Source: Candidatus Velthaea sp. (GTDB lineage: Bacteria; Vulcanimicrobiota; Vulcanimicrobiia; Vulcanimicrobiales; Vulcanimicrobiaceae). Taken from it: a DNA stretch of 38,238 bases. The notes under the pieces are model-generated. The model was not told where the DNA came from. It ran no database searches and saw only the letters and a program-made list of their open reading frames with translations. This document shows, one piece after another, positions 18,524 through 26,849 of this stretch; position 1 is the stretch's first letter; each line of letters begins with the position of its first letter. Location: NCBI GenBank assembly GCA_050012475.1, contig JBEKHC010000044.1, positions 1-38,238 of the forward strand, in the 5' to 3' direction. The position numbers and the translations under genes were made by a program.

Positions 18524-21010
18524 CTATTGGCCGGTGGCGAAGTTGAGTTGGCCCGGGAGGATCGATGTCGGAGTGGCGAGACCGAAACTGGCCGAATGCG
18601 ACGGATAGGCGAGGATCAGCACGTTGAACGTCACCTGCTTGAGGTCTTCGTTGTAGGCCAGATTGAGCTCGTAACAGTCGCCGATGATGCGGCGGTAGTA
18701 GATGTTCTTGCTCTCGAGGCGCCCGCGCGATTTCCAATCGATGTTCGTCGCGAATTCGATGTCGGCGCCGCGGCCCAGCGGCGTGATCGCCTGGACGTTG
18801 GTAATCGGAAAACCGTTGCCCGGACCGGGAATCCACGTCCCGCCCACCAGCAGCGAAGAGCGCGGCGAGGGGCGCAGGTTGAGCTGATAGTTGATCGGCT
18901 GCGCGGCGCGGTCGAACAGCGTGGTCGCTTGCAGCGTGAGCGTGTAGATGTCGCCGTTGAAAAACCGCACGACGTCCGATGCTTGGTGCGATGCGCCGCC
19001 GATGATGTCGAAGGTTTTGAACGGCTCGGCTTGCGGACCGTTCGAGTTTTGTTCCGAATACGTGATCGCGTTGACGATGTGGTTGCTGAGGTTCGTCGTC
19101 AGGCTCGCATTCTGTTGCACCTGCGCTTTGAGGTCGCCGGTGCCGTACACGTCCTGCGTCGCGATCACCGACGCGTTGAAATCGCTGCCCAAAAAATGCG
19201 CTAACGCCGGTCCGAAGGTCACTTGGGCCTGGCCGCGCTGGGTCGCGAGCCCGCCGATGGTGTTGCCGGCGGCGTCGATGGCTTGCGGCTGATGTTCGCT
19301 GTACTCGCCCATTGCGAACTGCGCGGTAATGGGCAGCGCGGTAAAGGACGGATCGAGCACGCCGTGCGGACGGATCAGCAGTTCGGGCAGCTTGTCGATT
19401 CCGGACGGATCGTCGCTCTCGGTCTTGTCGATGGTGAGATCATAATCGAGGCCCTTGGTCGTCACGTGCGTGAGCGTGTTGAAGTGCAACGAGTCGACCG
19501 CCGTGGCGGCACCGGCATAGGCGTTGGTATTGCTGGTGTAGCTCACGTTCACGCCTTGGGTGATCGCAGGCGACAGCGTGCGCTGATCGACGAAGCCCAA
19601 GTTGAGCGATGATTGCTGCGAGCCTTCGCCGTACTTGTTGAACGTATAGCTTTGCGATTCGGCGAGACCGGTATGGATGACCGACCCGGTGATCGTGTAA
19701 CTCGGCGGCAGAAAAACGCCCGGAGCGTAATTTCCTTGGTAGTTCACGCCGAACTGCGCGCGCAGCGTGCGCGAGAAGTTCTCGCTGTCGTTGATCTGGA
19801 GGTTGTTCTGGTCGGCTTCGCCTTGATTGCTCTTGAAGCGATAGAAATTGACGTCGACGGATCGCTTTCCGTCCTTGCGGCGGAAGAACGCAACGTAGCC
19901 TAAACCTAACCCGAGTTTGGTTTCCTCATCGATGCGATAATAGCCGTAGTATGTGTCGCTGGGCGCGAAACCGATCCGCGCCTTGACGTAGAAACCTTCC
20001 GCCTGCGAATAGCCGATGATCGGCAAAAATCCGGTTTGCCGCCCGGGCCCGCCTTCGATGTGGGTGAGCGGGATGACCAGATACGGCACAAAGAACACCG
20101 CGAAGCCGCCGAGGTACAGAATGGCGTCCCGCGCCACGGCCTTGTCGCCGGGATAGACGTCGAGCGATTTTGCTTCGATGTGATAGCCCGCGCGCTGGCG
20201 GTCGCAGGTGGTGAACGACGCGCGGTCGCCGTGCGTGACGCCGTCTTTGGACGCCGTCAGCGTCCGCGCTTTGTAATACAAGTGGCCGGTCTCGACGCCT
20301 TGGGAGGTTTGTCCCGAGCCGTTGAGCAGGATCGCTTTTGAAGTCAGCGTGTCGAAGCGAATCGACTCGGCGTGCAAGATGCTGTCGTCGGCGCGGTTGC
20401 GAATGTACGGATGACCCGTCATGTCGATATAGCGCACGCCGTCGTAGTGCGCGTGCTCGGCGACGAGAACCCCGTCAGCGTACAGCACGTTGACGTTGCC
20501 GCTGAGATCGGCGGGCGCACCCGGCTTGTTCGCGCCGGTGATGGTGTCGGCCAGCACGACGTATTGATTGGGTCCGAGGGTCTCGACGGGCGCGGGAGAC
20601 GCCGACGGGCTTGACGACGAACTCGGCGACGGCGAGCCGGTCGGCAGCGGCGTCGCGCGTTGAACGAGCACCGGTCCCGCGCTCGCCGCCGGCGACGGCG
20701 TCGGCGTCGGGACCGGCGGCGGTGTGACGGCGGGGGTCGCGGTGGCCAGCGGCGGCGGGTTGAGCTGTTGCGGGCCGGCGGCCGCGTGCGGCGGCGCGGG
20801 CGCCCCGCTCGACGAGGAGGACGGTGAGGGCGACTCGACCGGCACCGTTCCGGTGACGGCTTGCGCGACTTGCACGGGCGCGCCGCAGCCGGAATCGAGC
20901 AGGCGCAGCGCGTTCGCGCGATCGGTCGTCGCCATCGCTCCTGCGGCGCGGGGCGTGAAGCTGCTCGCGATCAGCGCCAAAGCCGCGATCGCCGCGACGA
21001 CCCTACGCAC
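18524..21010 (-). CDS. lptD: LPS-assembly outer-membrane protein LptD-like
   Basis: GTG 21010 gives signal peptide MRRVVAAIAALAL. Pro/Ser linker, jellyroll with 'SFTTCD...YHIEAK...YPGD...PYL', then beta-barrel; adjacent to lptF/G. Confidence 0.8.
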   Translation of the reverse strand: MRRVVAAIAALALIASSFTPRAAGAMATTDRANALRLLDSGCGAPVQVAQAVTGTVPVESPSPSSSSSGAPAPPHAAAGPQQLNPPPLATATPAVTPPPVPTPTPSPAASAGPVLVQRATPLPTGSPSPSSSSSPSASPAPVETLGPNQYVVLADTITGANKPGAPADLSGNVNVLYADGVLVAEHAHYDGVRYIDMTGHPYIRNRADDSILHAESIRFDTLTSKAILLNGSGQTSQGVETGHLYYKARTLTASKDGVTHGDRASFTTCDRQRAGYHIEAKSLDVYPGDKAVARDAILYLGGFAVFFVPYLVIPLTHIEGGPGRQTGFLPIIGYSQAEGFYVKARIGFAPSDTYYGYYRIDEETKLGLGLGYVAFFRRKDGKRSVDVNFYRFKSNQGEADQNNLQINDSENFSRTLRAQFGVNYQGNYAPGVFLPPSYTITGSVIHTGLAESQSYTFNKYGEGSQQSSLNLGFVDQRTLSPAITQGVNVSYTSNTNAYAGAATAVDSLHFNTLTHVTTKGLDYDLTIDKTESDDPSGIDKLPELLIRPHGVLDPSFTALPITAQFAMGEYSEHQPQAIDAAGNTIGGLATQRGQAQVTFGPALAHFLGSDFNASVIATQDVYGTGDLKAQVQQNASLTTNLSNHIVNAITYSEQNSNGPQAEPFKTFDIIGGASHQASDVVRFFNGDIYTLTLQATTLFDRAAQPINYQLNLRPSPRSSLLVGGTWIPGPGNGFPITNVQAITPLGRGADIEFATNIDWKSRGRLESKNIYYRRIIGDCYELNLAYNEDLKQVTFNVLILAYPSHSASFGLATPTSILPGQLNFATGQ

Positions 21011-21013
21011 GAA

Positions 21014-21210
21014 CCAGTGCCCCGGCGCGGGAGTTCGCGTACGAAATCTCACTCGGCTTTCCGTCCGGCTCTTCGTCGCTCTTCGGTCACAACGCTACGG
21101 CGTTGCTCGGGTGCACCGAGCGAAGCCGAGGGCGCCCATCTTATCGCTCCTCGATCCGAACGAAAATCCTTCGTGATCTTTCGCACGGAACTCCCGCGCC
21201 GGGGCACTAG
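21014..21210. mobile_element. ~200-bp fold-back element (MITE-like or structured ncRNA)
   Basis: Perfect 21-bp terminal inverted repeat AGTGCCCCGGCGCGGGAGTTC (21016-21036 / 21188-21208), extending imperfectly to about 38 bp and beyond; no convincing ORF. Confidence 0.65.
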
Positions 21211-22370
21211 CGATCTTCGGTGAAAATCAACGCGCCGCCGGCGGCGGCCATGATTACGTTGGGCAACCATGCCGCGACGTAGGGATCGAGGGCGTTGTTG
21301 CTGCCGAATGCAGCCGCCATCGCACCGAACACGTAGTAGACGAACAGCACGACGATCGAAAGCGCGATTCCAAGCGTACGCCCTTTCTTTCCAAACTTGA
21401 CGGCGAGCGGCAACGCGATCAGCACCGCGATAAACGAGGCGAACGGATACGCGAGCTTCTGTGCCAACGTGATTTCGCGTTTGGCCAGATCGGACCCGCC
21501 TTGACCGGTCGCTTTGCGCGCGTTGATATCGTCCCGCAACCGCTTGGAGTCCATCGTATACGGGTCGCTATACGCGGAACTGAGAAACTTGTCCGCGGTC
21601 TCGGCCAGCGGCAGTCCCACGTCCAAGGTTCGCTCATGGGTCTCGAAATCGAAGTCGCCGTTGGGCTTGTAGCGCGAGATCGACGCATTGTACAGCGTCA
21701 GCGCGGCGCCGTGGATGTTGGCGTTCGGGGCGGTCGTCACCATCTGAAACGGCGACGTGCGCGACGGCTGGAAGATCATGACGTTGTGCATCGTCTTGCC
21801 GTCGGTGTCGACGTTGCCGACGAAAAAGGTGTTGCCCGTCGCAGGATCCTGACGAAAGATATTGGGCTCGAGCGGCAGCGTCTGCATCTTGTACACGATT
21901 TGGTAGAACGTGCGCGTCGACAGATCGGTCGAAGCCGGCACGACGTGTTCGTTGATCCAGTACGAAAGTCCGAAGGCGAGCACGCCGGCGATCAGCGGCA
22001 GCCGGACGATGCGATAGAACGGAACGCCCGACGTGCGCAGCGCGGTGATCTCGTTGTCGGCCATCAAGCGGCCGAAGGCCATGAGGGTCGCGAACAGGCA
22101 CGCGAAGGGAAACGCCTGCGGCGTCGCCTGCGGGACCCGAAAAATCAGGAAGCGCAGCACTAGAAACACCGGCGCGCCCTTGTTGATCACGTAGTCGGCG
22201 GCCAAGAAAAAGATGTTGACGAACCAGAAGAGCAGATACGCGCCCAACGCGAACGCGAACGGCGGCCACAGTTCGCGCAAGATATAGGCATCGAGGATCG
22301 GCAGTTTCCACGATCGCCCCGGCGACGCGCGCACGTAAAAGCGTTTCCCGACGCTGGGAAAGGTCGCCAT
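21207..22370 (-). CDS. LptF/LptG-family LPS export permease
   Basis: 'ILDAYILREL', 'GRLMADNEITALRTSGV', 'KLAYPFA', 'AAWLPN' motifs. Confidence 0.93.
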   Translation of the reverse strand: MATFPSVGKRFYVRASPGRSWKLPILDAYILRELWPPFAFALGAYLLFWFVNIFFLAADYVINKGAPVFLVLRFLIFRVPQATPQAFPFACLFATLMAFGRLMADNEITALRTSGVPFYRIVRLPLIAGVLAFGLSYWINEHVVPASTDLSTRTFYQIVYKMQTLPLEPNIFRQDPATGNTFFVGNVDTDGKTMHNVMIFQPSRTSPFQMVTTAPNANIHGAALTLYNASISRYKPNGDFDFETHERTLDVGLPLAETADKFLSSAYSDPYTMDSKRLRDDINARKATGQGGSDLAKREITLAQKLAYPFASFIAVLIALPLAVKFGKKGRTLGIALSIVVLFVYYVFGAMAAAFGSNNALDPYVAAWLPNVIMAAAGGALIFTEDR

Positions 22371-22409
22371 GCCTAGGCGCGGGCTCGGCTAGGGTAGCTC
22401 ACCAGCGCA

Positions 22410-22889
22410 CTAGCGCGCCGGCATCGCCGCGACGACGCGCGCAACGTAGGCGCGCGTCTCGGCAAAAGGTGGGATCCCGTGGGCGGCGTCGACGGCGCCC
22501 GGGCCGGCGTTGTAGGCCGCGAGCGCGAACCGGACGTTGCCGCGATAGCGCCGCAGCAAGTCGTGCAGGTAGTGTGCGCCGCCGTCGATGCTCTGCGCCG
22601 GATCGAACGGATTGCTCACGCCGTACTGCAGCGAGGTCGCGGGCATGAGCTGCATGATCCCCTGCGCACCGGCGCGGCTTACCGCCGTGGGATCGCCATG
22701 CGATTCAGCGGCGATCACCGCCGCGACCAGCTTTGCCGAAACAGCGCGGGCGCGCGCCGCGCCGGCGACGAGCCGGTGGAGCGTCGCGGCGTCCAGCGAC
22801 CGGCCCGTGCCGGGCACAAAGCTTCCCGAGCTGCACCCAACGAGCGAACTCAGCACTAGGCAGACCGTAACGAAGGCCGACGGGAGCAT
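22410..22889 (-). CDS. Lytic transglycosylase (SLT domain) lipoprotein
   Basis: AVIAAES, SRAGAQGIMQLMP, ALAAYNAG, ETRAYV; lipobox LVGC after ATG 22889. Confidence 0.9.
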   Translation of the reverse strand: MLPSAFVTVCLVLSSLVGCSSGSFVPGTGRSLDAATLHRLVAGAARARAVSAKLVAAVIAAESHGDPTAVSRAGAQGIMQLMPATSLQYGVSNPFDPAQSIDGGAHYLHDLLRRYRGNVRFALAAYNAGPGAVDAAHGIPPFAETRAYVARVVAAMPAR

Positions 22890-23073
22890 ATCCCGGCGCG
22901 CCGCACGTCGCTTCACTTCACGTGCTTGTTCTTTCGGCTCCAGTCTCAAGCCTACAGCCGCGACGCGGTCGTGCAAACCCTTAACCGCTGCGCCTTGCGG
23001 GCCGGCGCGTTGGGCTCTCCCCTCCATTGTGTGAGCCGCTGCAATGAATTGACAAACTGACCCCCGGCGAGCC

Positions 23074-23136
23074 TTTCCAAAGGGTGGCCGGTGGGATATA
23101 GTGGAGAGAAGTGGTGCCTGGGGGCGATTAGTGGGG
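23074..23136 (+). promoter_or_regulatory. dcw promoter with MraZ-binding repeats
   Basis: GTGG at 23091, 23101, 23111 and 23131 (GGGG at 23121), an exact 10-bp phase, overlapping TTTCCA-N17-TATAGT. Confidence 0.8.
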
Positions 23137-23146
23137 AATCAGTTTG

Positions 23147-23638
23147 GTGGCGGCCGATCGACCAAGCTTCAATGGCAGAGTCGACAACAGCCTTGACGAC
23201 AAGGGCCGTCTTGTCGTCCCCGTTCGGTTTCGGCCGGGACTGGGGGCAAACTTCTATCTTACCGTCGGGCTTCCCGACCCGTGCCTCGCGCTCTACCCCA
23301 AGTCGACTTGGGAAGAGAACCTGCGCAGTCTGGCCGAGTCGAAGAAGAAAGGCCCGAACTTCCGTGAGTACGTGCGCTTTGTGTTCGCCCACACGGACGA
23401 AGCAGCGTGCGACAGCCAAGGACGTCTGCTGCTGCCGCCGGCGCTGCGCGCCTACGCGGAAATCGACAAAGACATCGTGACGAACGGCAACAACACGCGC
23501 GTCGAGATCTGGTCCCGCGCTTTGTTCGAACAGCACGTGTTGCCCGTTCCGGAAAAGCTTGCCGCCCGGCTTGCCGCGCAACGCGAGGCCGAGCCCAACG
23601 CGGCTCTCGATATCGTCGAAGAGCTGGACTTGCTGTAG
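23147..23638 (+). CDS. mraZ: Division/cell-wall cluster repressor MraZ
   Basis: Two DxxGR motifs (LDDKGRL, CDSQGRL) and RVEIW; first gene of dcw. Start 23144 or 23147. Confidence 0.95.
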   Translation: MAADRPSFNGRVDNSLDDKGRLVVPVRFRPGLGANFYLTVGLPDPCLALYPKSTWEENLRSLAESKKKGPNFREYVRFVFAHTDEAACDSQGRLLLPPALRAYAEIDKDIVTNGNNTRVEIWSRALFEQHVLPVPEKLAARLAAQREAEPNAALDIVEELDLL

Positions 23639-24517
23639 TTGTGCGCCGAACATCTTTCGGTTCTCGCCGATGAGGCAGTCGAAGCGCTGGCCATCGATCC
23701 CGCCGGCACCTACGTCGATGCGACGTACGGGGCGGGCGGCCACACCACGCGCATCCTCGCCGCGCTGGGCCCCGCCGGCCGCGTCGTCGCTTTCGACGCC
23801 GACCCGGTCGCCCGGCTGCACGACGCCGACGCGCGCGCGCGCCTCATCCATGCCAATTTCCGCGCCCTCGGCGCGCAGCTCGACGCGCTGGGAATCGAAG
23901 GCGTGAACGGCGTGCTCTACGATCTGGGCATCAGCTCGATGCAGCTCGACAACGCCGACCGCGGCTTCTCGTTCCGGGCTGCCGCGCCGCTGGACATGCG
24001 GCTCGATCCGACGCGCGGCGAAAGCGCCGCGGAGCTGATCGCCAATCGCAGCGAGAGCGAGCTGGCCGACATCATCTTCGAGTACGGCGAGGAACGCGCC
24101 GCGCGGCGCATCGCCCGCGCGATCAAGCAGCGCGAGCCCGCGGACACCGCGGAACTGGCGGCGCTGGTGGCCGGCGTCGTGCACGTCAGCGGCCGGCGCG
24201 AACGCACGCATCCGGCGACGCGGACGTTTCAAGCGCTGCGCATCGCGGTCAACGACGAGCTGCGCGCGCTGCACGAGAGCCTCGACGCCGCGCTCGACCG
24301 GACGCTCGAGGGCGGCCGCATCGCCGCGATCAGTTTTCACTCGCTCGAAGATCGCATCGTCAAGCAGCGCTTTCGCGACGACCCGCGCGCCGTTCGGGTG
24401 ACGCGCAAGCCGGTCGTTCCGACTGCCGCCGAGATCGCCGCCAATCCGCGCGCCCGCAGCGCCAAGCTGCGCGTGTGCACTGTCACTCATCCAGCCGCGG
24501 GAGGCCAGCCCACATGA
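23639..24517 (+). CDS. rsmH: 16S rRNA m4C1402 methyltransferase
   Basis: DATYGAGGH, DLGISSMQLD, PLDMR, FHSLEDR, NPRARSAKLR. Confidence 0.97.
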   Translation: MCAEHLSVLADEAVEALAIDPAGTYVDATYGAGGHTTRILAALGPAGRVVAFDADPVARLHDADARARLIHANFRALGAQLDALGIEGVNGVLYDLGISSMQLDNADRGFSFRAAAPLDMRLDPTRGESAAELIANRSESELADIIFEYGEERAARRIARAIKQREPADTAELAALVAGVVHVSGRRERTHPATRTFQALRIAVNDELRALHESLDAALDRTLEGGRIAAISFHSLEDRIVKQRFRDDPRAVRVTRKPVVPTAAEIAANPRARSAKLRVCTVTHPAAGGQPT

Positions 24518-24969
24518 TCGCGCTCAAGGCGATTCCACCCGAACCGCATCCCCGTCATGTCGAGCGCGGGCGCAGCGCGACGCGCCGCCGATTACGGCGG
24601 GCGCATCGCCGGAACTACGTTGCCTTCTTTCGGGTCGGCGCGGTCGCGGCACTGTTCGTCGTGCCGCTCATGTTCTACGTGATGCTCACCGCCAACCTCA
24701 CCAGCCTCAACTACAAGCTGGCTCGGGTCGAATTGCAGAAGCTGGCGCTGCAGACCGAAACGCTGCGCCAAGACGACCGCATCGCGAAACTCGAATCGCG
24801 CGAACGGCTGGCGGCGCTCGCTGCGCAGCTCAAGATGCGCGATCCGCAAACGTACGCGGTGATCGGCCTTCCGCGCACCCAGACCGCGGCCGCGCCGCGA
24901 CACGGCATCGCTCTGCTGGGCGCGATGAACCAGTGGCTGAGTGCCGCGGCAGGCGACGTTTCGCGCTGA
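24514..24969 (+). CDS. ftsL: FtsL-like cell division protein
   Basis: Single TM plus coiled coil, located between rsmH and ftsI; ATGA overlap; GGAGG RBS. Confidence 0.75.
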   Translation: MIALKAIPPEPHPRHVERGRSATRRRLRRAHRRNYVAFFRVGAVAALFVVPLMFYVMLTANLTSLNYKLARVELQKLALQTETLRQDDRIAKLESRERLAALAAQLKMRDPQTYAVIGLPRTQTAAAPRHGIALLGAMNQWLSAAAGDVSR

Positions 24970-25004
24970 AGGCGTGCCGGGTCGTGCCCGTCACGTGAAT
25001 TGCC

Positions 25005-25053
25005 TTGACATCTTCGGCTTCGCCGGGCTAACCTGCGGCCCGGCGAAGCCGAA
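25005..25053 (+). promoter_or_regulatory. Perfect 16-bp inverted repeat overlapping a putative internal promoter
   Basis: TTCGGCTTCGCCGGGC (25013-25028) / GCCCGGCGAAGCCGAA (25038-25053); TTGACA-N18-TAACCT with the -10 in the loop. Confidence 0.5.
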
Positions 25054-25076
25054 TGCCCGAGTGAGGGGCGGCTGAC

Positions 25077-26849
25077 ATGGCGTCGCGAGCGTTCGCGCGC
25101 GTCGCGCCGGTGCGCACCAAAATCGCGTTCTTTCTGATCCTCGCGGTCGGCTTGTTTCTTACGTGGCGGCTGTTCGAGGTCCAGATCCGCGAAGGTCCGG
25201 GGCTGGCGAGACAAGCGCTGTCGCAGCGCTCGGAAAAGGTCGAAGAGTCGGCGAAGCGCGGCACGATTTTCGATCGCGACGGCACCGTGCTGGTGCGCTC
25301 GCTGCCGACCCAGAGCGTCTATGCCGTGCCGGCGGTCATCAACGATCCGCGCGCGACCGCCGCGGCCTTGGCCCCACTGCTCGGCACGCGCGCGGCGCAG
25401 TTGGAACCGGCCTTGAGCGACCGGTCGCAATTCGCTTGGCTGGCGCGCAAGATTCCGTACGAGGCGGCGCAGCGCGTCAAGGCGCTCTCGCTCGCCGGCA
25501 TCTATCTCAAGCCCGAACAGACCGGGGCGCGGTTCGCTCCTTCCGGACATCTGGCCTCGACGGTGCTGGGCTTCGTCGGCTTGGACGAACAGGGTCTGGC
25601 CGGCATCGAGTATTCGTTTCGGAAGTATCTTGGCGGCAAGCCGGGGACGTTGAAGATCGAAGCCGACACGTCCGGCTGGGCGATCCCGTTCGGCGAAACG
25701 ACCGTCGTCGGGAAGTCGGCACCGGGCCGCAACCTCGCACTGACGCTCGACTCGTACCTGCAATTCGAGACCGAACGCGCGCTGGCGGCGCAAGTCGCCG
25801 CATCGCAGGCGCGCAGCGGAACCGCGATCATCATGGACCCGTGGACCGGCGAGATTCTGGCGCTGGCCAACGCGCCGGATTTCGACCCCGCGCATTACGC
25901 GCAATCGCCGCCCGACGCGTGGCGCGATCGCGCGGTCGAAGACGCGTACGAACCCGGATCGACCTTCAAACTGATCACCGCCGCGGCCGCGCTGGACAGC
26001 GGCATCGCGACAGCCCAAAGCCGATTCGCCGCCCGCGACAGCCTCAAGGTCGGCGGCAGGACCATTCACAATGCCGAAGACGGCTTCATGGCCGGGCGCG
26101 GCGGACCGGAATCGATGGAAGACATCATCGCCTTCTCGCACAACGTCGGTGCCGCCGAGATCGGGTTGGCGGTCGGCCGGCGCACGCTGGACGCGACGAT
26201 CCGCCGCTTCGGCTTCGGCGAGCCCACGCGCATCGAGTTGCCGGGAGAAAATCCGGGCATCGTTCCGGCGCTCGCCAATTGGAGCGGCAGTTCGCTGGCG
26301 ACGATCTCGTTTGGACAAGGCATCTCCACGACGCCGCTGGCGATGATCCGCGCCTACGCGGCGATCGCCAACGGCGGGCTGCTGATGCGCCCGCGCATCG
26401 TGCGCACGCTTTATAATGAGGACGGAACGCCGGCGTACACCTACGGGCCGGAAGTCGAGCGGCGGGCGATCTCCCCCCAAACCGCAGCCACCCTGCGCAG
26501 CTTCCTGCGCGCGGTCGTCGCGCGCGGGACGGGCAATCCGACCGCGCGCGCTCCGGGCTACACGACGGCCGGCAAGACGGGCACGGCGCAAATGGTCGAG
26601 AACGGTTATTACGCTGCCGGCGCCTATGTCGCGTCGTTCATCGGCTACGTCCCGGCCGAGAAGCCCAAGTACGTGATCTTGGTCAAGATCGAACGTCCGC
26701 GCGGCATTTACTACGGCAGCACGGTTGCCGCGCCGGTATTCGCCGCACTGGCTCGGGTTGCGATGATGCACGCCGGGGAGATGCCCAACCTGCCCCCGCC
26801 GCGGCCGCGCCCGGGCCCGCCGAAGCGAGCGTCGAACCACTCGCGATGA
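25077..26849 (+). CDS. ftsI: Class B penicillin-binding protein (FtsI)
   Basis: RGTIFDRDG, EPGSTFK (SxxK), SHN (SxN), GKTGTAQ (KTG). Confidence 0.95.
   Translation: MASRAFARVAPVRTKIAFFLILAVGLFLTWRLFEVQIREGPGLARQALSQRSEKVEESAKRGTIFDRDGTVLVRSLPTQSVYAVPAVINDPRATAAALAPLLGTRAAQLEPALSDRSQFAWLARKIPYEAAQRVKALSLAGIYLKPEQTGARFAPSGHLASTVLGFVGLDEQGLAGIEYSFRKYLGGKPGTLKIEADTSGWAIPFGETTVVGKSAPGRNLALTLDSYLQFETERALAAQVAASQARSGTAIIMDPWTGEILALANAPDFDPAHYAQSPPDAWRDRAVEDAYEPGSTFKLITAAAALDSGIATAQSRFAARDSLKVGGRTIHNAEDGFMAGRGGPESMEDIIAFSHNVGAAEIGLAVGRRTLDATIRRFGFGEPTRIELPGENPGIVPALANWSGSSLATISFGQGISTTPLAMIRAYAAIANGGLLMRPRIVRTLYNEDGTPAYTYGPEVERRAISPQTAATLRSFLRAVVARGTGNPTARAPGYTTAGKTGTAQMVENGYYAAGAYVASFIGYVPAEKPKYVILVKIERPRGIYYGSTVAAPVFAALARVAMMHAGEMPNLPPPRPRPGPPKRASNHSR

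Noticed and set aside
20590..20860. Low-complexity GC repeats in lptD
   Set aside because: They encode a Pro/Ser/Ala/Thr linker and are not a separate DNA element.
23630..23645. mraZ and rsmH in frame across a single TAG (possible fusion)
   Set aside because: Both proteins are complete, and close packing of these two genes is normal in dcw clusters.
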